The notes: generated by a model from the sequence alone, not told the origin. A DNA stretch of 64,000 nt from Methylophilus sp. (GCA_044228125.1 JBGAVM010000009.1:23020-87019), one strand, 5' to 3'; counted from the stretch's first letter, positions 46,571 through 57,054 are shown. Made by a program: numbers and translations.

Positions 46571-48657
46571 GCAATTTGTTGATTGAATTATTTGTAGAAG
46601 AACTGCCGCCCAAAGCGCTGAAAAAACTGGGCGAGGCCTTTGCAGGCGCACTGTTTGACAGCCTGAAAACGCAAGGCCTGATCGCTGACAACAGCGCATT
46701 AAGCAACTTTGCCACACCTCGCCGTTTGGCAGCGCACATCACCAACATTGCAGCCAAAGCTGCTGACAAACAGGTGGCACAAAAACTCATGCCTGCAACA
46801 GTCGGCTTGGATACCAACGGCAAAGCCACTCCTGCGCTGGTGAAAAAACTGCAAAGTCTAGGTGCTGATGAAAGCGCTGTCGCCAAACTGCGCAAGGAAA
46901 ATGACGGCAAAGCCGACATTCTTTTTCTGGATGCCACACAAGCTGGCGTGACGCTACAAGCAGGCCTGCAAGCCGCTCTGGATGCGGCGATTGGGGCATT
47001 GCCCATTCCAAAAGTCATGACTTATCAACTCGCCGATGGCTGGGAAAGCGTCAACTTTGTGCGCCCGGCGCATGGCTTGGTGGCGTTGCACGGTGAAAGC
47101 ATCGTGCCAGTCACCGCATTGGGATTGGCTTCTAGCAACACCACATACGGTCACCGTTTTTTATCTAAAGGCAAAATTACTCTGCCAAATGCCGACTCTT
47201 ACGAAGATTTGCTTCATTTAGAAGGAAAAGTTATCGCAAGCTTCGACAAGAGGAAGAAGCTAATTGAAAAGCTGCTCGAAGAAAAACGTGTCAGCAAAGA
47301 AAGTGATGGCGTTATTAAACCAGACAGTCTGCTTGAAGAAGTGACCGCCTTGGTTGAGTGGCCTGTAGTGTACGAATGTCACTTTGATAAAGAGTTTTTG
47401 CAAGTGCCGCAAGAGTGCCTGATTCTGACCATGCAAACAAATCAGAAATACTTCCCCTGTATACTCAGTGACACTCTAACTAACAGGTTTCTAATAGTCT
47501 CAAATATAGAAACAGAGGATGCTTCAGCCATTACTGGCGGCAACGAGCGCGTGGTGCGACCACGCTTAGCCGATGCAAAGTTCTTCTTCGACCAAGATCG
47601 TAAAAAAACATTGGAATCGCGTATCGCAGGTTTAGATAAAGTGGTTTACCACAATAAACTTGGCAGCCAAGGCGAGCGAAATGCACGTGTGGTGAAGATT
47701 GCTGCTGAGATTGCCAAGCAACTTGGGAAAGCAGATTTGGTCGCTAAAGTTGAACAAGCGGCGCGTTTATCCAAGGCCGATTTACTGACTGATATGGTGG
47801 GCGAGTTTCCAGAACTACAAGGTGTTATGGGTTGGTATTACGCTCGCCATGAAAATATAGACGGTGACGTTGCGTTAGCCATATCAGATCACTATAAGCC
47901 TCGCTTTGCTGGCGACGAGCTACCACGTAATGAAGTGGGTGTGATTGTCGCGCTGGCCGACAAACTAGAAACTTTGGTTGGTCTGTTTAGTATTGGCGAG
48001 AAGCCGACTGGCGACAAAGACCCGTTTGGTTTACGACGCCATGCGTTAGGCGTGTTAAGAACGCTCATAGAGAAAAAGCTGCCATTAGATTTATCATCTT
48101 TGGCAACTTGCGCAGCTTTGAGCTTCCCGCCAATTCCCAACGAAACCATGCAGACGCTATATTCGTTTTTCCATGATCGCTTAGCAGGTTTGATGCAAGA
48201 AGAATTCACTACATTAGAGGTAGATTCGGTGATTTCACAAGCACCTGAGCGGATTATGCTAGTTCCTAAACGCCTTGAGGCTGTGCATAGTTTTGCTACA
48301 TTACCAGAAGCCCCCGCCCTCGCCGCTGCCAACAAGCGTGTGGGCAATATCCTGAAAAAAGCGGAAGGTGAAGTGAAAGCTGAAGTGAACACTAACTTGC
48401 TGCAAGAGCCTGCTGAGATTGCATTGAATGAAGCTTTAGGCAAAGTGAAGCCGCAAGCGGACAAGCTGTTCGAAAGCGGCGATTACACGGCATCACTGCA
48501 AGCGCTGGCTGCCCTGAAAGCGCCCGTGGACAAGTTTTTTGACGATGTCATGGTGAACGCGGATGATGTTGCTTTAAAAAATAACCGCCTTGGCCTGCTG
48601 GCAACCTTGCACCAGACTATGAACCGCGTGGCGGATTTATCGAAATTGGCGAGCTAA
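46567..48657 (+). CDS. glyS: Glycine-tRNA ligase beta subunit
   Basis: [23 protein letters not shown] and [10 protein letters not shown] motifs. Confidence 0.96.
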   Translation: MSNLLIELFVEELPPKALKKLGEAFAGALFDSLKTQGLIADNSALSNFATPRRLAAHITNIAAKAADKQVAQKLMPATVGLDTNGKATPALVKKLQSLGADESAVAKLRKENDGKADILFLDATQAGVTLQAGLQAALDAAIGALPIPKVMTYQLADGWESVNFVRPAHGLVALHGESIVPVTALGLASSNTTYGHRFLSKGKITLPNADSYEDLLHLEGKVIASFDKRKKLIEKLLEEKRVSKESDGVIKPDSLLEEVTALVEWPVVYECHFDKEFLQVPQECLILTMQTNQKYFPCILSDTLTNRFLIVSNIETEDASAITGGNERVVRPRLADAKFFFDQDRKKTLESRIAGLDKVVYHNKLGSQGERNARVVKIAAEIAKQLGKADLVAKVEQAARLSKADLLTDMVGEFPELQGVMGWYYARHENIDGDVALAISDHYKPRFAGDELPRNEVGVIVALADKLETLVGLFSIGEKPTGDKDPFGLRRHALGVLRTLIEKKLPLDLSSLATCAALSFPPIPNETMQTLYSFFHDRLAGLMQEEFTTLEVDSVISQAPERIMLVPKRLEAVHSFATLPEAPALAAANKRVGNILKKAEGEVKAEVNTNLLQEPAEIALNEALGKVKPQADKLFESGDYTASLQALAALKAPVDKFFDDVMVNADDVALKNNRLGLLATLHQTMNRVADLSKLAS

Positions 48658-48674
48658 CCACCATGCTTCTTCAT

Positions 48675-48821
48675 CGTCATTCCCGCGTAGGGTGTAGCAG
48701 GGGTTTCGCGCAGTACACTGCGCGCCTGCGCAACGGTTGGCTTCTGCATAAGCCAACGCGCCTTGCAAGGGGGAATCCATTTTTAGTTTTAACTGGATTC
48801 CGGGTCAAGCCTAGAATGACG
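48675..48821. repeat. Composite palindromic intergenic repeat (CGTCATTCC...GAATGACG type)
   Basis: Ends CGTCATTCCCGCGTAGG and TGGATTCCGGGTCAAGCCTAGAATGACG, with nested hairpins inside. Confidence 0.65.
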
Positions 48822-48829
48822 GAGGAATT

Positions 48830-49372
48830 ATGAAACTCGTCATCCTAGACCGCGACGGCGTAATTAACGAAGATTCCGGCAACTTTATCAAGAATCCGGA
48901 GGAGTGGATTCCGGTTCCTGGCAGCTTGGAGGCAATCGCACTACTGAACCAATCTGGCTACCGTGTAGCCGTGGCAACTAACCAATCCGGCGTGGGTCGT
49001 GGCATCTACGATATGGCGATGCTAAATGCGATTCACGATAAGATGCAGCGCGCGTTGGCACAAGTAGGTGGGCGTATTGATGCGATATTCTATTGCCCGC
49101 ATGTGGCCGATGACCATTGCAATTGCCGCAAGCCCAAGACTGGCATGATGGAAGAGATCGCACGTCGCTTTTCGATTGATCTGCATGGCACTTATGGCAT
49201 CGGCGATACGCAGCGTGACATACAGGCATTTGCTGATGCTGGCTGCAAGACGATTCTGGTAAAAACCGGCAAAGGTAAGGAAACATTAGCGCTGGGGAAT
49301 CTGCCAACCGGGACGCAAGTCGCGGCCGATTTGGCTGAGGCCGTACAAACTATTCTGGCCGAAGAAGAGTAA
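48830..49372 (+). CDS. gmhB: D,D-heptose 1,7-bisphosphate phosphatase
   Basis: LDRDGVIN, TNQSG and CPH...CNCRKP motifs. Confidence 0.93.
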   Translation: MKLVILDRDGVINEDSGNFIKNPEEWIPVPGSLEAIALLNQSGYRVAVATNQSGVGRGIYDMAMLNAIHDKMQRALAQVGGRIDAIFYCPHVADDHCNCRKPKTGMMEEIARRFSIDLHGTYGIGDTQRDIQAFADAGCKTILVKTGKGKETLALGNLPTGTQVAADLAEAVQTILAEEE

Positions 49373-49382
49373 GGTTAAATTC

Positions 49383-50090
49383 GTGTTATTTATACGCTCG
49401 CTTCTATTTGCTTTAGGAATGCTCATCATCTCGCCAATATTCGCAATCTTGGTTGTATTGATGGCACCGTTCAGCAGCCACATCGCGCGCAGCCGCATGG
49501 CGAGCTATTGGGCGCATTGCAGCTTATTTTGGCTCAAACTCACCTGTAATCTGAAATTTGAAGTACGCGGCCGCGAAAACATACCGAATCATCCGTCCAT
49601 CATCTTATGCAAGCACCAATCGGCTTGGGAAACCATCGCATTACAAACGATTTTTCCACCGCAAATTTGGGTGCTCAAGCGCGAACTGATGTACATCCCC
49701 GTCCTCGGCTGGGCATGGTGGGCGATGGACACCATCCCCATTGACCGCAGCGCAGGGCGCGAAGCGCTTAAAAAATTGGTCACGCACGGCAAGGATAGGC
49801 TCGCCAAAGGCTTGTGGGTGGTGATTTTTCCCGAGGGTACGCGCGTAGCACCCGGGATGCGCGGCAAATATCACATTGGCGGCGCTTGGCTTGCCTCCCA
49901 AACACAGACAACCGTGGTGCCGGTGGCGCACAACGCAGGTTTGTTCTGGCGCAAAAATGCGTTTATCAAGCGCCCGGGCACAATCACTTTAAGCATTGGA
50001 AAACCCATAGAAACCGCGGGCTTAAAGGCCGATGCCATCAATCAGCAGGTGGAAGAGTGGATTGAGGCCGAAATGCTGCATCTGCCATGA
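49383..50090 (+). CDS. plsC: 1-acyl-sn-glycerol-3-phosphate acyltransferase
   Basis: KHQSAWET and FPEGTR motifs. Confidence 0.9.
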   Translation: MLFIRSLLFALGMLIISPIFAILVVLMAPFSSHIARSRMASYWAHCSLFWLKLTCNLKFEVRGRENIPNHPSIILCKHQSAWETIALQTIFPPQIWVLKRELMYIPVLGWAWWAMDTIPIDRSAGREALKKLVTHGKDRLAKGLWVVIFPEGTRVAPGMRGKYHIGGAWLASQTQTTVVPVAHNAGLFWRKNAFIKRPGTITLSIGKPIETAGLKADAINQQVEEWIEAEMLHLP

Positions 50091-50091
50091 C

Positions 50092-50215
50092 AACAAGCGC
50101 TTACACAGGCGAATTGCTGCGTTGCGCGGTACTCGCAACCTCGCTGTACAACTGCGTACTATCTCGGTTTCTGCATTCCGTGCGCCTTGCACTTCATCCT
50201 GCATAAGCACTTGTT
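50092..50215. repeat. 124-bp MITE/ERIC-like palindromic element
   Basis: Imperfect terminal inverted repeats AACAAGCGCTTACACAGG / CCTGCATAAGCACTTGTT; intergenic. Confidence 0.7.
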
Positions 50216-50238
50216 AAGCGACTTCGTTAATTATCGTT

Positions 50239-50973
50239 ATGCCTAAAGAGACCTTGAAGTTACCTAATGGCGAAGTCATCGAATACCAGCTAGAACACCG
50301 CGCGCGCCGCACGATCGGCCTGAAGATCACCGAATCCGGCTTGGTGGTGCATGCGCCAAGGCGGATATTCCTGTTCGAGCTCAACCGCGTGCTGCAGGAA
50401 AAAGCGCATTGGATACTGACCAAGCTGGAAGCGCGCCAGCAGAACAAACAACCGCCCATAGTGTGGACAAATGGCGCGGATTTACATTATCTGGGCAATT
50501 TGTTGACGCTGGAAATCATTGCCGCCAGCAGCGCCAAGAAGCCGCAACTGGTGCAGGAAAAACTGCATATCCACATCAAAACAGCAGGCCTGCAAGCCAA
50601 TATCCATGCGGAGTTTGAAGGCATCATTCAGCGCAAGGCAACGCAATGGCTTAAGGAACAAGCCTTGCAGGATTTCGCACGCCGGATAGAAGTGTTCGCC
50701 GCCAAACTGGGGGTGGGAACGCCGCCGCTAGCGCTCTCCAACGCGCAAGCGCGCTGGGGAAGCTGCAGCAGCCGCGGCGAGATTCGCCTGAACTGGCGGC
50801 TCATTCAAGCGCCGCCGCATATCATCAATTATGTGGTGTGCCACGAATTGGCGCACCTGAAGCACATGAATCACTCGGCGCAGTTCTGGGCGCAGGTGGA
50901 AAAACTGTACCCGGATTACAAGCGCGCGGAGAAAGAATTGAAAGCGCTTTCGCCCTTATTGCACCGAATTTAG
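50239..50973 (+). CDS. YgjP/DUF45 metal-dependent hydrolase
   Basis: RWGSCS, LNWRL and YVVCHELAHL..MNHS..FW motifs. Confidence 0.9.
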   Translation: MPKETLKLPNGEVIEYQLEHRARRTIGLKITESGLVVHAPRRIFLFELNRVLQEKAHWILTKLEARQQNKQPPIVWTNGADLHYLGNLLTLEIIAASSAKKPQLVQEKLHIHIKTAGLQANIHAEFEGIIQRKATQWLKEQALQDFARRIEVFAAKLGVGTPPLALSNAQARWGSCSSRGEIRLNWRLIQAPPHIINYVVCHELAHLKHMNHSAQFWAQVEKLYPDYKRAEKELKALSPLLHRI

Positions 50974-50984
50974 CCGCACCGGAT

Positions 50985-51569
50985 TTAGAGCAGCTTGCCC
51001 AAATCGCTGGCAATATCGGCCGGTTTTTGGCCGTATTCCATATACAGCCTTATTTTTCCTTGTTTATCAAACACATAAGTGCCAGCGCTGTGGTCTATCG
51101 TGTAATCGTTGGCCGATTTTCCCGGCACTTGCGCGGCGTATATCTTGAAATTTTTCAGTGTTTCTTCAGTCTCTTGCGGCGTGCCCCACAGGCCGATAAA
51201 CCTGGAGTCGAACGAAGGCACGAATTGCGCCAGCACCGCTTGCGTATCGCGTTGCGGATCCACCGTCACAAACAGCACCTGCACCTGATTGGATTTATCG
51301 CCCAGCAGTTTCATGGTTTGCTTCAAATCGGCCATCGTAGTCGGGCACACGTCCGGGCAATGCGTATAGCCAAAAAACAGCACCACGACCTTGCCCGCAA
51401 AATTGCCCATCGTGCGTTTTTGGCCGTTATGGTCTGTCAGCGCCAACGGTTTGGCGAAATCCGCGCCAGTGATGTCTGCCCCGACAAAGCCTGTGGATGA
51501 ACCAGATGTGCCCGACTGCCCGCAAGCACTCAACAAGGCAAACAAAGCAATCAAAAATAAGCGTTTCAT
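50985..51569 (-). CDS. SCO1/SenC copper chaperone lipoprotein
   Basis: Lipobox LSAC; FGYTHCPDVCP, VDP.RD and DHS motifs. Confidence 0.93.
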   Translation of the reverse strand: MKRLFLIALFALLSACGQSGTSGSSTGFVGADITGADFAKPLALTDHNGQKRTMGNFAGKVVVLFFGYTHCPDVCPTTMADLKQTMKLLGDKSNQVQVLFVTVDPQRDTQAVLAQFVPSFDSRFIGLWGTPQETEETLKNFKIYAAQVPGKSANDYTIDHSAGTYVFDKQGKIRLYMEYGQKPADIASDLGKLL

Positions 51570-51660
51570 GCAGCACCCTCAAAAATTAGTCTAAAAATTT
51601 ATATCTTGGATTTTATCATGCACTAAGAATTCCCTAGTTTGGTTTACAATAATGTTTTTC

Positions 51661-51930
51661 GTTAACACATTGAATTTGGAAAGTTTTGTATGGCAGCTCC
51701 CGCAACAATGGCAGATCGCGACGGTTTAATCTGGTACGACGGCAAGCTCGTACCTTGGCGCGAGGCCACCACCCACGTCCTTACCCACACCTTGCGTTAA
51801 CACATTGAATTTGGAAAGTTTTGTATGGCAGCTCCCGCAACAATGGCAGATCGCGACGGTTTAATCTGGTACGACGGCAAGCTCGTACCTTGGCGCGAGG
51901 CCACCACCCACGTCCTTACCCACACCTTGC
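51661..51930 (+). repeat. Exact 135-bp tandem duplication of the ilvE 5' region
   Basis: 51661-51795 identical to 51796-51930. Confidence 0.95.
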
Positions 51931-52760
51931 ACTATGGCATGGGCGTGTTTGAAGGCGTCCGCGCATACAAAACAGACAAAGGCACCGCGATTTTCCGCTT
52001 GCAGGATCATACCGACCGCCTGTTCCGCAGTGCGCACATTCTGGGCATGAAAATGCCTTTCGACAAAGCGACAATCAACGAGGCGCAATGTGCCGCCGTG
52101 CGTGAAAACAAGCTGGAAAGCGCTTACATTCGCCCGATGGCGTTTTACGGTGCTGAGGCGATGGGCATTGCCGCCAAAACATTGAGCACACATGTGGTCT
52201 GTGCCGCATGGACATGGGGTGCCTACATGGGCGATGAGGCGATTACCAAAGGTATTCGCGTTAAAACGTCCTCCTTTGCGCGCCACCACGTGAACATCAC
52301 CATGTGCAAGGCTAAAGCCAACGGCAACTACATGAATAGCATTTTGGCGCATCAGGAAGCCGCGCAAGACGGCTACCACGAAGCATTGCTGCTGGATGTA
52401 GACGGTTTTGTTGCAGAAGGCTCCGGCGAAAACATTTTTATCGTTCGCAAAGGCAAGCTCTACACGCCTGACCTCACCAGCGCGCTGGAAGGTATTACCC
52501 GTGACACCATCGTACAGCTGGCAGGCGAATTGGGCATTGAAGTGATTGAGAAGCGCATCACCCGCGATGAAGTGTATGGTGCAGATGAAGCCTTCTTCAC
52601 TGGCACCGCTGCAGAAGTCACGCCAATCCGCGAGCTGGACAACCGTGCGATTGGCGCAGGCGTACGCGGCCCGATCACTGAAAAACTGCAAAGCCTGTAC
52701 TTCGATGTTGTCAAAGGCAAATCCGCGAAACATCAACACTGGCTGACGTTAGTTGCCTAA
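51825..52760 (+). CDS. ilvE: Branched-chain amino acid aminotransferase
   Basis: LHYGMGVFEG.RAY, KANGNY, EGSGEN, LEGITR and GTAAEV motifs. Confidence 0.96.
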   Translation: MAAPATMADRDGLIWYDGKLVPWREATTHVLTHTLHYGMGVFEGVRAYKTDKGTAIFRLQDHTDRLFRSAHILGMKMPFDKATINEAQCAAVRENKLESAYIRPMAFYGAEAMGIAAKTLSTHVVCAAWTWGAYMGDEAITKGIRVKTSSFARHHVNITMCKAKANGNYMNSILAHQEAAQDGYHEALLLDVDGFVAEGSGENIFIVRKGKLYTPDLTSALEGITRDTIVQLAGELGIEVIEKRITRDEVYGADEAFFTGTAAEVTPIRELDNRAIGAGVRGPITEKLQSLYFDVVKGKSAKHQHWLTLVA

Positions 52761-52775
52761 TCTGGGTGATATAAA

Positions 52776-52964
52776 ATGGCCAACACCAAAGAAATCGAAG
52801 TCACCGCCAAAGACCTGCCGCTACACTGCCCAACAGATGCAGTGGCGCTTTGGTGCTCTCATCCGCGTGTATTTCTGGATATCGCTTTGACAGGCCATGC
52901 CGCATGCCCCTATTGCGGCACCCAATACAAACTCAAAGCTGGCGAAGTGATTGGGCACCACTAA
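52776..52964 (+). CDS. Zinc-finger (zf-CHCC) protein
   Basis: CP...HPRVFL...CPYCG. Confidence 0.9.
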   Translation: MANTKEIEVTAKDLPLHCPTDAVALWCSHPRVFLDIALTGHAACPYCGTQYKLKAGEVIGHH

Positions 52965-53382
52965 TTCAATCTTTCTGAATCACATTCTGTACATCCCAAT
53001 TGTTTTCACAATACAGTCGTGTGCTTCAATTGCTCCAAACAGTGACTACGTAATTATAGAACCAGTCAAATATGTACCTTGCGACACGTATCCTAGCCCT
53101 AACTCATCTTGTGGGTGGGTAAAAGTTGACGGGGCGAATTTTGACGGGTACAAAGTTCGTATTGGTGATATGAAATATCACAAAATTATAGAGCCTTTAA
53201 TTGCCAGTAACACTTTGACTGGGGAAACTGCAATCTCAGCAGCCTCTACCTTTGCTGAAAATGAAGTAGTTAAAAGACAACTCTGTACTTCAGCAAAAGT
53301 GCCCGCTGACGCTAGAAGATTAGTGGGTTCACAAAATCCGCCCGAAATAAGAATGTATGTAGAATGCGTTAAACCAAAATAA
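52951..53382 (+). CDS. AT-rich hypothetical, possible lipoprotein
   Basis: IQSC lipobox-like motif, paired Cys, atypical codon use; start uncertain. Confidence 0.55.
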   Translation: MGTTNSIFLNHILYIPIVFTIQSCASIAPNSDYVIIEPVKYVPCDTYPSPNSSCGWVKVDGANFDGYKVRIGDMKYHKIIEPLIASNTLTGETAISAASTFAENEVVKRQLCTSAKVPADARRLVGSQNPPEIRMYVECVKPK

Positions 53383-53411
53383 TTCTATTGCTGATTGTTG
53401 TTAGACTCAGC

Positions 53412-54194
53412 TTAATTGCTCCACAAATGCCGAATCACCTCCATCGCATCCGGCTGCGGGCTATTCGTCCAAAACTCGACTTTGCCTTTTTCTTCTGCGG
53501 CATTCAATAAATCGTGTTCTGCAAGCAGGCTCTGCAAGCGCTTTGCCACGGCAGCCCCTGTATCTACCAAGGTGACGTCGTTCCCGACCAATTCCTGAAT
53601 CAGCGGTTTTACGAATGGGTAATGCGTACACCCCAGCACAATCGTGTCTGCGCCTTCATCCAGCAACGGTTTAAGATACTTTTGTAACAAAGCGCGTGTT
53701 TCAGAGCCATCCAGTTCACCACGTTCGATACACTCCACCAAGCCGACACAACCCTGTGTGACCACTTTGACATTGCGCCCGTAATTCTCCAGCAAAGCCG
53801 CAAACTGCGCGCTTTTGAGCGTGCCAACCGTTGCCAGCACGCCAATAATGCCATTCTTGCTGACAGCTGCTGCAGGTTTGACCGCAGGCTCCATGCCGAT
53901 GATAGGTAGCGTAGGATATTCTTGGCGCAAACGGTCGATCCCAGCCGCTGTGGCTGTATTGCAAGCAACCACGATAGCTTTGGCACCATGTGCAAGCAAA
54001 AAATCTGTGAGCGCCAGGCAGCGCCCGGTAATTTCCTCCGGCGCTTTGCCACCATAAGGCGCATTGGCGCTATCCGCCACGTAAATCAGGCTCTCGTGCG
54101 GCAGCAAAGCATGAATATGCTTGAGTACGGACAGGCCGCCCACGCCGGAATCGAATACGCCAACCGGATTTTGACCAGGAGATTGAGAACTCAT
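53412..54194 (-). CDS. murI: Glutamate racemase
   Basis: FDSGVGGLSV, ACNTAT and LGCTHYP motifs. Confidence 0.96.
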   Translation of the reverse strand: MSSQSPGQNPVGVFDSGVGGLSVLKHIHALLPHESLIYVADSANAPYGGKAPEEITGRCLALTDFLLAHGAKAIVVACNTATAAGIDRLRQEYPTLPIIGMEPAVKPAAAVSKNGIIGVLATVGTLKSAQFAALLENYGRNVKVVTQGCVGLVECIERGELDGSETRALLQKYLKPLLDEGADTIVLGCTHYPFVKPLIQELVGNDVTLVDTGAAVAKRLQSLLAEHDLLNAAEEKGKVEFWTNSPQPDAMEVIRHLWSN

Positions 54195-54245
54195 GTGATG
54201 TTAGATTGCATCATTTATAATGGCTGAATTATAGAGGAAATTTAA

Positions 54246-54794
54246 TTGGGCAATCGACTAAGTAAAATCTACACACGCACCGGCGACGACGGCACGACTG
54301 GTTTAGGCGATGGTTCGCGCATTGCCAAAAACAGTCTGCGGGTAAATGCCTTGGGGGATGTGGACGAGTTGAATGCCGTGCTCGGCATTCTGCAAACCGA
54401 GCCTCTAGAAGCCAGTATCCATGCGGTGATCGAGACCATCCAGCATGACCTATTTGACATGGGAGGTGAACTCTGCATGCCAGGTTACACATTGGTAAAG
54501 CCGGAACGCGTCGCCGCGCTGGAGGCTCAACTGGACATCTGGAACGACGATCTGGCGCCTTTGAAGGAGTTTATCCTGCCTGGCGGTAGTCGCGCAGCCG
54601 CTTATTGCCATCTGGCTCGCACCGTATGCCGGCGTGCTGAACGTGCTATTTACGCATTGGATGAAAAAGAATCCCTCAACCCATGTATTTTGCAGTACAT
54701 TAACAGGTTGTCGGATATGTTGTTCGTGCTATGCCGCGTACTCAACAAGTACGCCGGTGTTAACGATGTATTGTGGCGAAATCCTGGCAAATAG
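54246..54794 (+). CDS. PduO-type cob(I)alamin adenosyltransferase
   Basis: IYTRTGDDGTT, RTVCRRAER and NRLSD motifs. Confidence 0.93.
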   Translation: MGNRLSKIYTRTGDDGTTGLGDGSRIAKNSLRVNALGDVDELNAVLGILQTEPLEASIHAVIETIQHDLFDMGGELCMPGYTLVKPERVAALEAQLDIWNDDLAPLKEFILPGGSRAAAYCHLARTVCRRAERAIYALDEKESLNPCILQYINRLSDMLFVLCRVLNKYAGVNDVLWRNPGK

Positions 54795-54802
54795 GAATTG
54801 AT

Positions 54803-55231
54803 ATGCAGATTGATTTTGCACATTTCACGCCCGTGTCTGCCTTTTTGGGCGGCATCCTGATCGGTCTTGCCGCCGCCATGCTGATTCTGTTCAATGGCCG
54901 GATTGCCGGTATCAGTGGCATTCTGGGCGGGGCGCTGCGATTCTCGGAAACCAGACAGAACCAGTGGCGGCTCTTTTTCCTGATCGGGCTGATCGTCTCA
55001 CCCTGGGCTTACGGCTTGTTTCTCGCATTGCCTGCAGTGGAAATACACACCAGCACTTGGGGGATTATCCTGGCGGGGCTACTGGTAGGTTATGGTTCAC
55101 GACTAGGCTCCGGCTGTACCAGTGGGCACGGCGTCTGCGGAATCGCCCGCCTTTCCAGGCGCTCAATAGCTGCTACGCTGACATTCATCTCCAGCGGCAT
55201 AATCACCGTTTATCTTGTACGCCACCTATGA
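54803..55231 (+). CDS. YeeE/YedE-family sulfur-transport membrane protein
   Basis: GRIAGISG and GSGCTSGHGVCG motifs. Confidence 0.9.
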   Translation: MQIDFAHFTPVSAFLGGILIGLAAAMLILFNGRIAGISGILGGALRFSETRQNQWRLFFLIGLIVSPWAYGLFLALPAVEIHTSTWGIILAGLLVGYGSRLGSGCTSGHGVCGIARLSRRSIAATLTFISSGIITVYLVRHL

Positions 55232-55632
55232 CACTGCTGCTGAGCTTTATTTCCGGTTTGATGTTTGGCTTGGGGTTAATCGTTTCCGGCATGACCAACC
55301 CAGCCAAAGTAATTGGCTTCCTGGATGTCACCGGACAATGGGACCCTTCACTGGGGCTGGTGATGGCCGGCGCCGTGCTGGTGGGATTTTTTGCGTTCCG
55401 TCATGTGAAACAGACCCACAAAACCCTGCTGGGAGAAACCGCCCATTTGCCGACCGGCCAGCACATCGATCGCCCGCTGCTGGCAGGCGCAGCCTTGTTT
55501 GGCATCGGCTGGGGGCTGGCAGGCTATTGCCCGGGCCCGGCACTGGCTTCGCTGCTGGCTGGCGAGATACAGCCGGTGATTTTCACGCTCAGCATGGTTG
55601 CTGGCATGCTGCTATTCAATCGCACCCATTAA
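55228..55632 (+). CDS. YeeE/YedE-family partner membrane protein
   Basis: SGM.NP.KV.GFLD..G.WDPSL and FGIGWGLAGYCPGP motifs; ATGA overlap. Confidence 0.9.
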   Translation: MTLLLSFISGLMFGLGLIVSGMTNPAKVIGFLDVTGQWDPSLGLVMAGAVLVGFFAFRHVKQTHKTLLGETAHLPTGQHIDRPLLAGAALFGIGWGLAGYCPGPALASLLAGEIQPVIFTLSMVAGMLLFNRTH

Positions 55633-55707
55633 AATTAGTCAGATAGCCGTGCGCTCGGTTATAATGTGGCTCGAACCTTGGTATTTTTCTAACCTAATAC
55701 AGCGCAC

Positions 55708-57054
55708 ATGATTAAAAAACTGCTACAGCGCGTTTTTAAATCCACAAAAAAACCCACCTCCACTCACCAAGCACTACGCATTCCGCGCAAGTCCCACGGT
55801 ATCCGCAAGAGCCAGATCAGTTCCGCCGCGATCAAAACCTGCGAAGGATTGCATAAAGCGGGGTTCGAGGCCTATGTGGTGGGCGGCGCTGTGCGCGATT
55901 TGCTGATGGGATTCAAGCCCAAGGATTTCGATGTCGCTACCAACGCCACACCCGAGCAGGTCAACCAGACATTCCGCCGCAGTCGCGTCATCGGCCGCCG
56001 GTTTCGTATCGTACATGTCATGTGGGGCAGCGAGACCATCGAAGTCACCACTTTTCGCGGTCACCACCAAGGCGAAAGCAGCGCCGACGATGCCGCCGTA
56101 AGCGACTCCGGCCGCATTATCCGCGACAATATCTTTGGCAGCATCGAGGAAGACGCGGCACGGCGCGACTTTACCGCCAATGCACTTTATTACGACCCCG
56201 CCAAGGAAGAAGTCTTGGACTTCCACGATGGCGTTGCCGACATCAAGGCCAATCTCTTACGCATTATCGGCGATCCAGAAACGCGTTACCGCGAAGATCC
56301 CGTGCGATTGCTGCGTGCGGTGCGGCTCTCTGCCAAACTTGGATTAAAGATAGAAACCGCCACGCAAAAACCCATCGCCAAATTAGTAGATTTGCTGCAG
56401 GAAGTTTCGCCCAGCCGCCTGTTTGATGAGATGCTGAAACTGTTCCTCTCCGGCCATGCAATGGAAAGTATCAACACCCTGCGCGCGCAACATCTGCACC
56501 ATGGCCTGTTGCCTTTGTTAGACGTGGTGCTGGAGCAACCGCTGGGCGAAAAGTTTGTGATGCTGGCGCTGGAAAATACTGACAGGCGCATTGAATCGGG
56601 CAAATCTTCCAACCCGAGCTTTTTATTCGCCAGCCTGCTGTGGCATGAAGTGCTAGTGGCCTGGAAAAAATTCATGGATGAAGGTGAACACCCGATTCCT
56701 GCCCTGCACCTAGCGATGAATCAAGTGATTGATATACAAGCGGAAAAGTTAGCCATCCATAGCCGCTACGTTGCCACCATGAAAGAGATCTGGGCAATGC
56801 AACCGCGCTTTGAGCAACGCGCAGGCAAGCGCCCTTATAGTCTAGTGGCACATCCGCGTTATCGTGCTGGCTATGATTTCCTGCTGCTGCGCTGCGAATC
56901 CGGCGAGATTCCCGTAGAAATCGGTGACTGGTGGACGGAGTTCGCCGATGCCGGCACCGAGCGCCGCACACAGATGCTACTGCCGGACAGTGCTGCGCCC
57001 AAGAAACGTCGTCGTCGCAAACGCAAACCTGCCGCCGCACCAGACCATGCATAA
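55708..57054 (+). CDS. pcnB: Poly(A) polymerase I
   Basis: VGGAVRD..PKDFD, IGRRF, RRDFTANAL and EDPVR motifs; basic tail. Confidence 0.95.
   Translation: MIKKLLQRVFKSTKKPTSTHQALRIPRKSHGIRKSQISSAAIKTCEGLHKAGFEAYVVGGAVRDLLMGFKPKDFDVATNATPEQVNQTFRRSRVIGRRFRIVHVMWGSETIEVTTFRGHHQGESSADDAAVSDSGRIIRDNIFGSIEEDAARRDFTANALYYDPAKEEVLDFHDGVADIKANLLRIIGDPETRYREDPVRLLRAVRLSAKLGLKIETATQKPIAKLVDLLQEVSPSRLFDEMLKLFLSGHAMESINTLRAQHLHHGLLPLLDVVLEQPLGEKFVMLALENTDRRIESGKSSNPSFLFASLLWHEVLVAWKKFMDEGEHPIPALHLAMNQVIDIQAEKLAIHSRYVATMKEIWAMQPRFEQRAGKRPYSLVAHPRYRAGYDFLLLRCESGEIPVEIGDWWTEFADAGTERRTQMLLPDSAAPKKRRRRKRKPAAAPDHA

Noticed and set aside
50838-51500. 220-aa plus-strand ORF
   Set aside because: Overlaps the well-supported SCO gene on the minus strand; no recognisable domain.
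51861-52739. 292-aa antisense ORF
   Set aside because: Shadow of ilvE.
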